A stretch of 64,000 nucleotides of DNA from positions 44,232 through 108,231 of the forward strand of contig JACPJR010000026.1 in the NCBI GenBank assembly GCA_016187565.1, written 5' to 3'. The notes beneath the pieces were generated by a model. It was given only the letters and a program-made list of their open reading frames with translations. It did no database searches and had not been told where the DNA came from. Shown in pieces: positions 19,368-29,814 of the stretch; within the stretch, counting starts at the first letter, position 1, and every line of letters starts with the position of its first letter. The stretch is from Candidatus Woesearchaeota archaeon. Its GTDB lineage: Archaea > Nanobdellota > Nanobdellia > Woesearchaeales > JACPJR01. Position numbers and translations under genes: made by a program.

Positions 19368-20135
19368 ATGGCAAAAAGTATTTATACTGCGAGAATTTCC
19401 AGTAACTGGGGGGTGAGTGACGCTGTTCTTTTGTGTCGGGATATGGATAATCAACCAGCACAACGGCTTGTTGCAAAAAAAGTAACCATTGCAGATATTC
19501 TTTCAGGACAATATGTTAAGGAAGAGGGATGGACGCCCAGTTATGTACTTACCTCTGCAGGAGAGAAAATTTCTCGAGTGAATATTATCGCTGTTATCGT
19601 TACAGGGCCGTTGCAAGAACTAAGCTATCGCATGGTTGTTGTTGATGATGGCTCTGGCAAGATAAGCGTCAGGAGTTTTGAAGAGAACAATTTGTTTGCC
19701 AATGTTAACCTCGGACAACCATTACTTATTATTGGAAGAGTACGTGAATTTGGAGGTCAATATTATATTGCTCCCGAGATTCTCAAGGTTATTGTCAATG
19801 CACGATGGGTTGCGCTTCGTAGTCTTGAGTTACAAAAACGAGGGATCCTTCACCATCATCACCAAACAGAAGATGATGTAAAAACATCACTACACCATGA
19901 AGTCGTTTCTTCTATTATCGAGCAAAAGGAGGAACGACAAAGCCCTGACGTTTCGTTAGTCAGTCCCAGTGAAAAAATCCTGAACATCATTCGACAGCTC
20001 GATAAAGGCGATGGTGTAGATATTGAAGATGTTGTTGTCCAAAGCAATATACCGAATGCTGAGGAAATTATCGACCACCTCTTAAAAGAGGGTGAAATCT
20101 TCCAAAATAAGCCAGGTCGTGTTAAGACTCTTTGA
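19368..20135 (+). CDS. OB-fold ssDNA-binding protein with C-terminal winged helix (RPA32-like)
   Basis: Central OB fold (ISRVNIIAVIVTGPLQ...GSGKISVRSF...PLLIIGRVREFGGQYYIAPE). C-terminal wH-like segment (ILNIIRQLDKGDGVDIEDVV...HLLKEGEI). Confidence 0.5.
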   Translation: MAKSIYTARISSNWGVSDAVLLCRDMDNQPAQRLVAKKVTIADILSGQYVKEEGWTPSYVLTSAGEKISRVNIIAVIVTGPLQELSYRMVVVDDGSGKISVRSFEENNLFANVNLGQPLLIIGRVREFGGQYYIAPEILKVIVNARWVALRSLELQKRGILHHHHQTEDDVKTSLHHEVVSSIIEQKEERQSPDVSLVSPSEKILNIIRQLDKGDGVDIEDVVVQSNIPNAEEIIDHLLKEGEIFQNKPGRVKTL

Positions 20136-21990
20136 TGGTTGTTGGTGGCTGCTTTTTCATAAATCGTGCGAAAAATGAATCAATATCATAAAAGTTGTGC
20201 TTACGGTTCGGGTCTTTTTTATCTTTCTGTTTCTTGACTTTTTTGATTCTTCCCAAAAAGGAATCAATATCAGAGAATGTTGGTTTGGTAATTAATTCGT
20301 TCTTGGTTTGTAATTCTTTAAACTGATTAACTTCATTTATTTTTTTCGTAATAATCTTACCTATATCCTTGGTATAATCTTCCAGAATAAGTGAAATATG
20401 GTTGTCATTGATATAGGTCGGATAGATGACATAATCTGCTCCAGCTTCATAGAGCTCAATACTCTCTCGTAATGTTTTTGAAGTAACCATGACAATACAC
20501 TTCGGATTTGCATTTTTACCATACTTGATTATAGCCTTTGTTGCATCGATATCCACTACTTCAGACAAGATGAGCTCAACGTTCTTCATATGAAGATGCT
20601 CAAAAAAATATGGATTATAGATTGAACCATAGATATAGTCAATTTTTTCACTTTTCATCAACTCTATCTTTGCAGGATCATTTTCAATAACACAAATGCT
20701 CTTTCCCATAGCTCTGAGATTGGCGTTAATCCTTTCCATATATTCAGGATACCCAAAGAAAAGCACATCGAAATGCTTGTCTGTTTGAAAGCTAGGAATC
20801 TCTCGTGTTCGGATTTTATCATATTTGTTGAGGAATGGAAGGATAAATGCTAGGAGTTGCCTATCATATTTAATGACATAGGAGGAGAGAATCATGGATA
20901 TGACTAGTCCTAAAAGAACAATGGAATTTAATGAAGGATTATTCAGGAAGGAAACTGAGCTTACAATGATAATACCAAATTCGCTAAATTGGCAAAGATA
21001 TATTCCTGATTGTAGTGATGTTTTTGTATCATAACCACGTATTCTAATCGAGAGATAAATAACCAGTGGTTTGATGATGAAATTCGCTACAAGGAAGAGA
21101 AACAACAGCAAAATAAAACTCATGGAAAGATCAAATTTCATCTGAAAGCCGAGGCTGAAGAAAAAAAGCATATTGAAGAAAATAATTAGCGGTTTTAATC
21201 TGGAAACAATGTCTGTTTTATATTGCGTATTCGCAAGGGTTAATCCGGCAATAAACGCTCCTACGGTTGTCGAATACCCCAATGTTGGTGCAATGATAAT
21301 GAAGAAAAAACAGACACCTAATGAACATAAGAACAGAAGTTCTGGATAGCGGCTAGAAAACTGTAGGGGTTTGTTGAGAGCGTATTTTGCTAGGACAATG
21401 GAGATGATAACCAGTAAAATACCCTTGAAAGGGATGAGGATCATACTGAAAAAACCTTCTTGGCTCGAAAAATTCATAACCGTCAGGATAAGTATAGCAA
21501 GTATGTCTTGGAGGATGAGGGTGGTGAGGATAACCTTTCCACTCAGTGTTTGAATCTCTTTTTTGTCTTCGAGCCACTTTGCTACGAGTAATGTACTACT
21601 AAAGAGAAAGGTAACTGCCAGTAAAGCCCTTTCCATGAAACTGAGAGGAAAGGCAAGGGTAATCAAGAACGCAATAGCGAAAAAAGCAATGGTCTGAATA
21701 AGCGAAGAGATCAAGAGATCCTTCCCTGTATATTTTAAACTCTTTAAATCAAATTCAAGTCCCATTAAAAAGAGCAAAAAGGCAATACCTAATTCAGAGA
21801 AAATGATAAAATTGCTTTTATCAACACTTTTGAACTGGTAATAGGCAAAGAACAGTCCTGCCAGGACATAGCCAACAATGATCGGTTGTTTCATCAATTT
21901 CACAAGAAATGAAAGTACAAGCATGACCAGAATGACAACACCGAAGGATAAAAGGTAGTTCATAGTTATCACTGTTTTTGATGGGTACAC
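20122..21990 (-). CDS. CPA2 cation:proton antiporter with C-terminal RCK/TrkA-like domain
   Basis: 622 aa; N-terminal ~390 aa polytopic membrane domain; C-terminal soluble Rossmann-like domain. Confidence 0.6.
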   Translation of the reverse strand: MYPSKTVITMNYLLSFGVVILVMLVLSFLVKLMKQPIIVGYVLAGLFFAYYQFKSVDKSNFIIFSELGIAFLLFLMGLEFDLKSLKYTGKDLLISSLIQTIAFFAIAFLITLAFPLSFMERALLAVTFLFSSTLLVAKWLEDKKEIQTLSGKVILTTLILQDILAILILTVMNFSSQEGFFSMILIPFKGILLVIISIVLAKYALNKPLQFSSRYPELLFLCSLGVCFFFIIIAPTLGYSTTVGAFIAGLTLANTQYKTDIVSRLKPLIIFFNMLFFFSLGFQMKFDLSMSFILLLFLFLVANFIIKPLVIYLSIRIRGYDTKTSLQSGIYLCQFSEFGIIIVSSVSFLNNPSLNSIVLLGLVISMILSSYVIKYDRQLLAFILPFLNKYDKIRTREIPSFQTDKHFDVLFFGYPEYMERINANLRAMGKSICVIENDPAKIELMKSEKIDYIYGSIYNPYFFEHLHMKNVELILSEVVDIDATKAIIKYGKNANPKCIVMVTSKTLRESIELYEAGADYVIYPTYINDNHISLILEDYTKDIGKIITKKINEVNQFKELQTKNELITKPTFSDIDSFLGRIKKVKKQKDKKDPNRKHNFYDIDSFFARFMKKQPPTTIKES

Positions 21991-22080
21991 CTATTTTTCT
22001 TTGATGTTCACACGTCCCAATCCAACACCTAATTTTAGTAACTAGTATACTAATTGCCATATTTATATACTTTTCGTTTT

Positions 22081-22929
22081 TCAAAAGAAAATAGGGGTAA
22101 CAAAGACCTCGAGAAGTGCAGCAACAAACAAGAGAGCAACCGAAAGCAGAATAAGATCTGATGAATCAATAAGCACTCGCTCAAACTCCTTGTGATCATT
22201 ATGATGCCGAATAACAGCAAGTGAGATAATGCCACCTGCCAATCCAACGGTAAAGTACGCGAGTATCTCAGGGATGCCATGAATAACATATTGCAAAAAA
22301 CCATAGGACAGGACCTTAAAATAGTGCGCCAGTTGTTCTAATCCCATCGTTGCAGCCACATTGCTTATGTTCAGACGAATATAATTACCAATAGCTACGC
22401 CAATGACGGTTGCATTCCAGCTAAGGATAAACATTGCACCAAGCCCGTACACAAAGGCAAAAAGCAAACAGAAAATGATCACATTGAAATTGTTAAAAAA
22501 AATCCTGAAAAACAGCTGGAAGGTTTGTCCACCTTGGGTTACCCTACTGTTAATCGTGAGAATCGTATCGCTTTGTGAGCCAAAGAGGTTGATTAATGTT
22601 CCTTCAGGAAGTAACACATACCATAATGCAGTTGACAATGTAATCCCGAGAAATAAGAGCATGAGAAAGGTAAGTGCTTTTCCATGTTCTTTGAGGAGAA
22701 ATATTTCCTTGGTTATAACCTCTGCTTTACTCTCTTCTCGTTTTAGGGAATTATAGACCAAGGGCATCGATGCCATAACCGTAAGAAAGACCATGATTAA
22801 TGAGGCTTGCTCGCCAAAAATCCATAGACTTAAGATGATTGCAACAGTATTAAACAGAAAGCCATAACCAATCATTCTCCAAGGATGCTGTTCTGCCTGC
22901 AACGGACCAATAAGGGCTTCAAGTACCAT
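22081..22929 (-). CDS. Polytopic membrane protein (SpoIIM/DUF95-like)
   Basis: 282 aa, ~6 TM helices; no catalytic motif recognised. Confidence 0.45.
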   Translation of the reverse strand: MVLEALIGPLQAEQHPWRMIGYGFLFNTVAIILSLWIFGEQASLIMVFLTVMASMPLVYNSLKREESKAEVITKEIFLLKEHGKALTFLMLLFLGITLSTALWYVLLPEGTLINLFGSQSDTILTINSRVTQGGQTFQLFFRIFFNNFNVIIFCLLFAFVYGLGAMFILSWNATVIGVAIGNYIRLNISNVAATMGLEQLAHYFKVLSYGFLQYVIHGIPEILAYFTVGLAGGIISLAVIRHHNDHKEFERVLIDSSDLILLSVALLFVAALLEVFVTPIFF

Positions 22930-23050
22930 TCCTACCTCTTATTCATACTGTTCCATATGAGAGTCAACAACAAAGTCCTTTAACTACTTTTCGCTTTCAA
23001 AACAAAAGGTATATAAACGTAGACCTTGCTATCTTCACCGAGGTGATGTT

Positions 23051-23758
23051 ATGACGCTTCGGCTAACGAAGAAGCTCAAAAATCCAGTTATTATCCAAGG
23101 ATTTCCTGGTTTTGGTTTAGTAGGAACAATAACCACTGAATTTCTTGTCGATCACTTGAAGACTGAATCTATCGGGAGTATGTACTTTGAAAAGATGCCT
23201 GCAATTGTCGCTATCCATGATCAGCAGGTTGTCCAACCCATTGGTATTCATTACAGTAAAGAGCACAATCTTGTCATTCTCCATGCTATTACTGCATCAA
23301 CAGGCCAGGAATGGAATATTGTCGATACTATCCTTACCTTAGCTCGTGATACAGGAGCATCTGAGATCATTAGCGTGGAGGGTGTGGGAAGCCAAGAAAC
23401 CGTCGAAAAACCACAATCCTTTGGTTATAGTTCTAGTCCAGTGTACATGAAGAAGCTCCAAAACATAGGATTGAAACCATTGAAAGAAGGAATTATTATG
23501 GGAGTAACCTCTGCTTTGCTGGTTAAGGCAAGCATTCCCGTAACCTGTATTTTTGCAGAAACCCATTCCCAGCTTCCTGACAGCAAAGCTGCTGCAAAGG
23601 TTGTTGAAGCGCTTGACAAGTATCTTAGTCTAAAGGTTGATACCAAGCCTCTCTTAAAAACAGCAGAGAAGTTTGAGCAAAAGATCAAATCATTGCTCGA
23701 GCAAGGGCAGCTTGCCCAAAAGCAACGTGACCTGAAACAGATGAGTTATATCCAGTGA
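23051..23758 (+). CDS. PAC2-family proteasome assembly chaperone-like protein
   Basis: N-terminal VIIQGFPGFGLVGTITTEFLV motif characteristic of the PAC2/PbaA family. Confidence 0.55.
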   Translation: MTLRLTKKLKNPVIIQGFPGFGLVGTITTEFLVDHLKTESIGSMYFEKMPAIVAIHDQQVVQPIGIHYSKEHNLVILHAITASTGQEWNIVDTILTLARDTGASEIISVEGVGSQETVEKPQSFGYSSSPVYMKKLQNIGLKPLKEGIIMGVTSALLVKASIPVTCIFAETHSQLPDSKAAAKVVEALDKYLSLKVDTKPLLKTAEKFEQKIKSLLEQGQLAQKQRDLKQMSYIQ

Positions 23759-23891
23759 AATCTCCAGCAAACTCATTTTTTATCTATCTTCTTCTTGCAT
23801 CTTTTTTCCATCATCTCTTCTGAGGGACTTTATTAGCGAATGAAGAGGAGATGATCAAAAGATTTAAATATAATCACTCACTAGTAGAATC

Positions 23892-24503
23892 ATGATGGGC
23901 GTTACGCTAACAGAACAAGAAATTGATAAACTAAGAATTGCAAGTCATAGTTTCGAAAACATTAGCTATGAAAGAATAACAGATGATTTAGGACGACCAG
24001 ACATTGTTGCAAGATTACAAGGACAAAAAGTAATTGATTTAGGTTCTGGAACTGGATGGTACTTGCCTCGTTTCTTTAATGCTGGATGTAGAGAAGTTGT
24101 TGTTGTTGAACCAAAACCAAAGCAAAAATTACTAGATCAATTGAGAGAAATGAATGCACAAGGAATGAGATCTTCTTTAGAAGAAGATACTTATGGATTT
24201 TGGGATAAACATCCAAACGAATCGGCTATTGTGACAAGTTACGGTGTGTTTGATCAAAATATTATTGGAGGATGTAGGTCAATTTTGATTGATGATTCAG
24301 ATTTAGACGCAATTATGGATAACTATTATAGGAGAATTGCAAGAGAAATAGAAAGAATTACACCTACTGGTCAAATAACGATTCATCGTGGTCCAATGGC
24401 TCATCTCATCAGAGAGTATTCTCAACGATTACAACCATATTCGGGTGACAGAATTCATGCTGATTGGGTAGAAAGTAGTGGTGGAATTTTAGTGAAGCAG
24501 TAA
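23892..24503 (+). CDS. SAM-dependent methyltransferase
   Basis: Motif I VIDLGSGTGWY. The gene is more AT-rich than its neighbours, with different codon usage. Confidence 0.55.
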   Translation: MMGVTLTEQEIDKLRIASHSFENISYERITDDLGRPDIVARLQGQKVIDLGSGTGWYLPRFFNAGCREVVVVEPKPKQKLLDQLREMNAQGMRSSLEEDTYGFWDKHPNESAIVTSYGVFDQNIIGGCRSILIDDSDLDAIMDNYYRRIAREIERITPTGQITIHRGPMAHLIREYSQRLQPYSGDRIHADWVESSGGILVKQ

Positions 24504-24545
24504 TTATCTTTCCCTTATTTATTTTTTTAGCCTGTCTGGCTGAAA

Positions 24546-26531
24546 CTATCCGAACAACGCGCTAAAGAATGAGGCTATGCCTTGCAACAGGCGGGTGAAG
24601 AATCCTGGTTCTGCTTCTGTTTCCCCATCGTTACTTTTTTCTTCAGTTACTGGCTCCTGGATGTTTGTTGATTCGTTGTTTTCTGACTCCTGCGATGTAT
24701 TTTCCTCGACGGGTGTTATCTGCTCTTCAGGAAGCTTAGTAATGGTAATAACCTTCTCAGCAACAGTACCATAGGGAAGGCCTTCTTCTTCATACTCTAC
24801 CCTTGTTTGGATGGTTGTTTCCGTCAGGTTAGTTCCTAAAGGAGCCAGAAGTTTGTACTGATAAATCTCTTTAGTCTCTCCTCCCTTGAGGCGATCAAAC
24901 ACGGTAGAAGAGGCTCCACTAATGAATGTTAATCCAGGAAAGGTATCAGTTACTTTTAGGTTTTCAAGAGCGTACTCTTTTACATTCGTAAGACTTACTT
25001 TGACAATTGCCGTGCTGTTTTCCTCAATGGTTGCGGATAGAGTTTGCGTTACTTGGACGCTTGCATTAGCAGCCTTAGCATTGACCTGAAATGTTTCGGT
25101 TTTGCTATAGTCAAAGAGCTCATTGTTCGTTGTCTGATAAGACCCTTGAACCATTATGTTGTAATGTTGCTCTTGCTCAACCCACGGAGCCTTAAAGTTT
25201 TGCGTATAAATCACTTTTTTTTCTTTTGGATAGAGCACCTCAACGAAACTTGATAGATTCTCAAAATAGGGATAATCAGTAGTTACTCTTGCAGTAATGT
25301 TATGAAATGATCGCTTTTCATCAGTGTTTTCCAGCGAAATTTCTACAAGAGATTCTTGGCCGCTGATTAAGGAGAGATCATTAAGAAGAAAGTGGATCAG
25401 AGGGCGTATTTCACCAAGCTTTATCGTTATTGTTTTATTGTCGGTGTGACGCTCGGAGAGAGTTCTTAGTTCCAGTTTCCAATACGATGTTGCATTGAGT
25501 GATAACCCAAGGTCATAATCTCCGGTAAAAAGTCCAACTACACCTAACGTGAATGTTTTTGTCTCTCCTGGCTGGAGAACCATGTTGTACCTGAAATCAG
25601 ACGTTGTTTTCTTTTGCAGAGGTTCATAACTGCTGACAATGAAACCATCATCAACATGGATAAGCATTTCAGTAATAGTTACCATTTCAGAAGGATCAGT
25701 ATTGGTTAATGAAACCGTATAGATTACGAGTTCATTAATAACTGCTGGATTTTTGTCAATCGTTGTTGTGATTGTTAGGGGAATTTTTGCTGTATTTGTC
25801 GTGATGCTGATGTCTTTATTTGTTAAGGAATACGGATTTCCGTTATAGGTGTAGTTCAATGAAGCATTTACTGTTCCAGCAAATGGCTTGGTAAATCTAA
25901 GTTCGTAAGAAAGTGTAACATTAGAGCCATAGACTACAGAGCCAGTCCATTCAAGAATATTACCTTCTCTTCTCAATGAGGGATGCTCAAGAATAACTGC
26001 TTCTTGCGGGATGGTTTCACGATAGGTAACGGTTTCAGCAGTCTTCAGTCCGTTATTAACCATACTTATTTTAACCGTAACAGTATCTTGAAGATAGGGT
26101 GTTGTGTTGCTTACTGTTCTTGTAACAACAACCTGTGGACGAAGATCTGAAACGGTGAGATGGATTGATGGAAGGATCTTGTTTCGTTTGTAGTCCTTTT
26201 TCCCGTACCCTTCTGCAGGATCAAAGATGGCAGTGATGTAACAGAACTCTTTGTAATTTAAGATTTCACAGTACCCTTGGTCAACAATCACACTTTCTTC
26301 CTCTCCTTGAATGTATAATCTATCCCATGTTGGTGTGAGGCTTAGTACAAACAGTTCATCATCAATATTGAGGACGTCTTCATCATACACCCAATCATCA
26401 AGGAGCTGTTCTTTTCCTTCTGCGCCGAGAACAGATGAACTATGAGCCAAGAGAGTGAGCACTCCTATGAACAACATAAGGCTCCAAAGAATATTACGGT
26501 TCACCATCTTTTGTAATCTTGAGAGCAACAA
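24546..26531 (-). CDS. Secreted cell-surface protein, many Asn-X-Ser/Thr sequons, PGF-like C-terminal hydrophobic tail
   Basis: Signal peptide MLLSRLQKMVNRNILWSLMLFIGVLTLLAHSSSVLGA. Repeated beta-rich domains. Acidic linker then EPGFFTRLLQGIASFFSALFG at the C-terminus. Confidence 0.65.
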   Translation of the reverse strand: MLLSRLQKMVNRNILWSLMLFIGVLTLLAHSSSVLGAEGKEQLLDDWVYDEDVLNIDDELFVLSLTPTWDRLYIQGEEESVIVDQGYCEILNYKEFCYITAIFDPAEGYGKKDYKRNKILPSIHLTVSDLRPQVVVTRTVSNTTPYLQDTVTVKISMVNNGLKTAETVTYRETIPQEAVILEHPSLRREGNILEWTGSVVYGSNVTLSYELRFTKPFAGTVNASLNYTYNGNPYSLTNKDISITTNTAKIPLTITTTIDKNPAVINELVIYTVSLTNTDPSEMVTITEMLIHVDDGFIVSSYEPLQKKTTSDFRYNMVLQPGETKTFTLGVVGLFTGDYDLGLSLNATSYWKLELRTLSERHTDNKTITIKLGEIRPLIHFLLNDLSLISGQESLVEISLENTDEKRSFHNITARVTTDYPYFENLSSFVEVLYPKEKKVIYTQNFKAPWVEQEQHYNIMVQGSYQTTNNELFDYSKTETFQVNAKAANASVQVTQTLSATIEENSTAIVKVSLTNVKEYALENLKVTDTFPGLTFISGASSTVFDRLKGGETKEIYQYKLLAPLGTNLTETTIQTRVEYEEEGLPYGTVAEKVITITKLPEEQITPVEENTSQESENNESTNIQEPVTEEKSNDGETEAEPGFFTRLLQGIASFFSALFG

Positions 26532-26622
26532 TGCTATTTAAAACTTTTCTTTGTGGTTTTGTTATTGTTTTGGAGGTACATTTAAAAAGTATCTTCTCTT
26601 CCTAAATCAAGGAGACTAAACT

Positions 26623-27486
26623 ATGACACTTATGAATAGTAATCCAGATGATCCAGACAATGGATTGAGTGAAGGCGATGGAGAAGAATGGAGAGATCCT
26701 GATCCAGCTTCTCGAGAATGGAAACAGTCAAGAGAGCAATTAAAAAGGAGTTTTGGACCTGAGGACTCTTGGGCGGCACTTCGACAACAAATTTTGAAAG
26801 ACTATGCTCATTCTCCTCGATATACTGGGCTTACTTTTTCTTCAGTCCAGAGATTAATGAAAGCGATGACTGGATCTCAGCCACAAACATGGGAAGATCT
26901 TTCTACTCCTCTCTATGCTGCTTTAGGAGTAAGAACCATATTGCTTGACGATATGCGATTACAAATAAAGAACTATGGTGTTGGTAAACATTATCTAACT
27001 GGGCATGGATGGCATAACTTTGATGCTATTGAATGTTATCTAAACGATCATCAGGGATTTAATCCTGACTTTCCCTCGAGAATACCGAGCTTTTTCCGTG
27101 TTTATAGGAAAGATGAACATCTTATTGAACTTGGCGTTTCTTATGAATTGCCTGACCTTAATGAAAAAGGATATCAAGAACAGGTGGGCGTTACGTTGAG
27201 GAGAAGCAGTGATGAAGATCCAGGTATTCATCGGTTGGTTTCATGTTCTGTCTCAGAATATCGTCCCTATTCTGATGGAAGTTTAATCCTTACTCATGGT
27301 GGTCAGGATTGTGTCGGCTTTGATCGTGATACCTACAGATGGAGAGAGCCACGCTATGCCCAAGCTTTGGAGGAAGTATTTACACTTTTACAGGTTCAGC
27401 GAGATCAGGTGCAGCCAAGACATCCAGACTCTGGTAAACTCCTCGGCCTTCTTGGACTTCTAGGGATGATCAACGAAGAAAAGTAA
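26623..27486 (+). CDS. Hypothetical protein
   Basis: 287 aa, acidic N-terminus, no recognisable motif; clean non-overlapping ORF. Confidence 0.45.
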   Translation: MTLMNSNPDDPDNGLSEGDGEEWRDPDPASREWKQSREQLKRSFGPEDSWAALRQQILKDYAHSPRYTGLTFSSVQRLMKAMTGSQPQTWEDLSTPLYAALGVRTILLDDMRLQIKNYGVGKHYLTGHGWHNFDAIECYLNDHQGFNPDFPSRIPSFFRVYRKDEHLIELGVSYELPDLNEKGYQEQVGVTLRRSSDEDPGIHRLVSCSVSEYRPYSDGSLILTHGGQDCVGFDRDTYRWREPRYAQALEEVFTLLQVQRDQVQPRHPDSGKLLGLLGLLGMINEEK

Positions 27487-27491
27487 TGGTC

Positions 27492-28115
27492 TCAGGCAAT
27501 AATAGTGGCACGATGGTCATGAATCTCAAGTACTTTTCCTTCTGGGCCAGGATTCATGGTTAGTGTTTTCTTGATGTAATCGTATTTTCCGGCATTTTCA
27601 TGGATATGACCACAGATGTGGAGTACAGGTTCGAGAAGTTCAATAGTTTTCCTGATTGTTTTATTGCCACAGTATTGATTACGACCAAGTTTATCAAGTT
27701 TAGTGTGATAGCCAGGGGCATGGGTTATAAAAATAACCGGTTTTTTTGTCGCTATTTTTTGGAAACGCTGAATATTTTTTTCTAACCGCGGGGAAGTCCT
27801 GCCGAAGCCACCACCACCATAACCGAGAAAGAGGTAGTTGTTACAGGTGGTGAAAGAGTTGTGGACAAAGTACAACAACGGATATTTGTTGCACAACCTG
27901 AGTACCTTTTCTGGAGTCTCATGGTTTCCATGCGTCATGATAACCGGAATATGGAGCTGTCCAAGCATCGTAATCATGGGTGAGAGACCACGTTCAAAGG
28001 TTGATAAATCTCCTGCACAGACCACAACCTCAACCTTGTACTTTTTGACTTTCTTAACAATCTTCTCCATGAAAATCTTTCTTCGATGGACATCCACAAA
28101 GGCTAACAGCTTCAT
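27492..28115 (-). CDS. Calcineurin-like metallophosphoesterase
   Basis: Motifs D-x-H (FVDVHRR), GDL, GNHE, GHIHE in canonical order. Confidence 0.75.
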   Translation of the reverse strand: MKLLAFVDVHRRKIFMEKIVKKVKKYKVEVVVCAGDLSTFERGLSPMITMLGQLHIPVIMTHGNHETPEKVLRLCNKYPLLYFVHNSFTTCNNYLFLGYGGGGFGRTSPRLEKNIQRFQKIATKKPVIFITHAPGYHTKLDKLGRNQYCGNKTIRKTIELLEPVLHICGHIHENAGKYDYIKKTLTMNPGPEGKVLEIHDHRATIIA

Positions 28116-28214
28116 TTCAGTTTTTCAGTGCTCACTCCTATTTAAAGTTTTATCCTCATCAGGCTTCATTATAGACAAACTATTAAAAATAAAATTCCCT
28201 TTCTTAGTGTTACA

Positions 28215-28631
28215 ATGATAGTATCCCTCTGTAGTCGAGCTGATTTAGAACTGCTTGTTTGTCGAGAAGCATCGTGTGCTGCTGTTGCTGATGATTTCGC
28301 AAGTGGACGATATAAACCTGAAAAACTGCTCCATTACTTTCAGGTTAATGGAATTCTTAACGCAATGTTTCCTACTCCATTTTCAACTCCTTGTTACCCT
28401 CTTCATAATGGTCTTTCAGGTTCACAGTCCCTCGACAAATGGTTTGCTCAGCGTGAAGCTGCCCTTCCGCATGCTGCACAGATTGCAGCAGGATTCTATG
28501 AGCAGGATCCTCAAATGTTACTTCACGATTATCAAACAGTGAGCGCAGTGCGAAAGACGCATGCAGTAACCATACCGGTAGCTAGGCAACCTGAGCATAA
28601 TCCTGAAGGACAATCATATCAAGCTCACTGA
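28215..28631 (+). CDS. Hypothetical ORF (weak)
   Basis: 138-aa ORF filling the gap between the phosphoesterase and vWA genes; its 3' end overlaps the vWA gene; no motif. Confidence 0.2.
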   Translation: MIVSLCSRADLELLVCREASCAAVADDFASGRYKPEKLLHYFQVNGILNAMFPTPFSTPCYPLHNGLSGSQSLDKWFAQREAALPHAAQIAAGFYEQDPQMLLHDYQTVSAVRKTHAVTIPVARQPEHNPEGQSYQAH

Positions 28632-29814
28632 GATTGGTAAGGACATAGAACCTTCCTTCGCCTATCTCGACCATTTTTTGTGCCATACGCTTGCCTTTTT
28701 CATCAATATCAATACCAATAACCGAGATGGTTATTCCTGCTTGGCGTGCAAGCGCCACTGTCTCAAGAGTTTTTTCTTCGGGATTTTTTCCGACAGTTGG
28801 TTTTGCATCAGTCAGCAGAATTAAATGTTTTGTCTGGTCTACAGAGGGAAAAAGTTGGATAGCATGGCTAATGGTTTTTGCGAGGTCTGTCTGTTGTGAG
28901 GCACGGATGCCCGCAATTTTCTCGAGCAACAAGGCAAAGTCCTGGGTTGGTTTTACCTCTGCAACAATATCACTTCCAAAGACGAGTAATCCTATCTGAT
29001 CTTTGGCCTCAATTGCTTTGTATGCCAATGCAATTCCTGCTCGTTTACAAGTTTCAATTTTTTTTCCGCGCATACTTCCCGAAGCGTCTAAGGCATAAAT
29101 AATAGAGATTTTTCCTTTCTGCTGTCGTTCATGAGCAACAAGATCCTCTTTCATTAACGCATGGTGCTGCCTTCGTACTGCACGCTGGACAGATTTCTTT
29201 ATCGCAATATCACGATAGCGATGGCCTTTTTTAAACGGTTTTAGATTTTCTTTGTCGCCATAAATTGCGTGTTTTTTGTGGATTTTCTCGCCCAGAAATC
29301 CTTTTGCAAGTAGGTGATTAAGTTCTTCCATAGAAAGCGCAACGGCACCAAAGCGTAATGCTTTGTCAGTGAGCATTCCATCTCGATTAAGCAATTTCCT
29401 CTGCTTGAGTTTGGTGATATGTTCTTCAATTTGTTGTTTGAGTTCTCGACGAAACTCTGGAAGGTTTATATTCTTCTGTAAATAGCGTTCATCATAGCCC
29501 GTCAAGAGTCGGATGAGGCGATCACCGTAACAGGTACGAGCATTTCGGTAATCCTTAACAATCTGCTCAAAAAGAAGATTTGGGGTAAAGCTTCCTAATC
29601 CCTGGTTAATGGCATCATTGATGAGTTGTGCATCTTCAATGCTTTTGGTATCATTTTCGAGAAGTGAGTGCATCAGCTTATCTTCATCAGGATCACGAGC
29701 AAGGCTTCCTGCTGCCTCCTGGATGATGGCTGCTTTTTCGTAGCTAACGTGTTCAACTTTTTTAGGGACCATCACCACTTTCATGGATTGGATGATGCTC
29801 TGCGAAATGTGCAA
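28582..29814 (-). CDS. vWA-domain protein (ChlD/BchD C-terminal-like)
   Basis: MIDAS motif DASGSM...GLLVFGSD...TD in the C-terminal half and a helical N-terminal half. Partner of the upstream ChlI-like ATPase. Confidence 0.75.
   Translation of the reverse strand: MHISQSIIQSMKVVMVPKKVEHVSYEKAAIIQEAAGSLARDPDEDKLMHSLLENDTKSIEDAQLINDAINQGLGSFTPNLLFEQIVKDYRNARTCYGDRLIRLLTGYDERYLQKNINLPEFRRELKQQIEEHITKLKQRKLLNRDGMLTDKALRFGAVALSMEELNHLLAKGFLGEKIHKKHAIYGDKENLKPFKKGHRYRDIAIKKSVQRAVRRQHHALMKEDLVAHERQQKGKISIIYALDASGSMRGKKIETCKRAGIALAYKAIEAKDQIGLLVFGSDIVAEVKPTQDFALLLEKIAGIRASQQTDLAKTISHAIQLFPSVDQTKHLILLTDAKPTVGKNPEEKTLETVALARQAGITISVIGIDIDEKGKRMAQKMVEIGEGRFYVLTNLSELDMIVLQDYAQVA

Noticed and set aside
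23759-23891. Imperfect inverted repeat catcatctcttc...gaagaggagatgatc between the PAC2 and methyltransferase genes
   Set aside because: Could be a terminator or operator, but the stem is imperfect and short; not reported as a feature.
28255-28542. 95-aa ORF in the phosphoesterase-vWA gap
   Set aside because: Alternate frame of the already weak 28215-28631 ORF, hydrophobic low-complexity translation, no start context.
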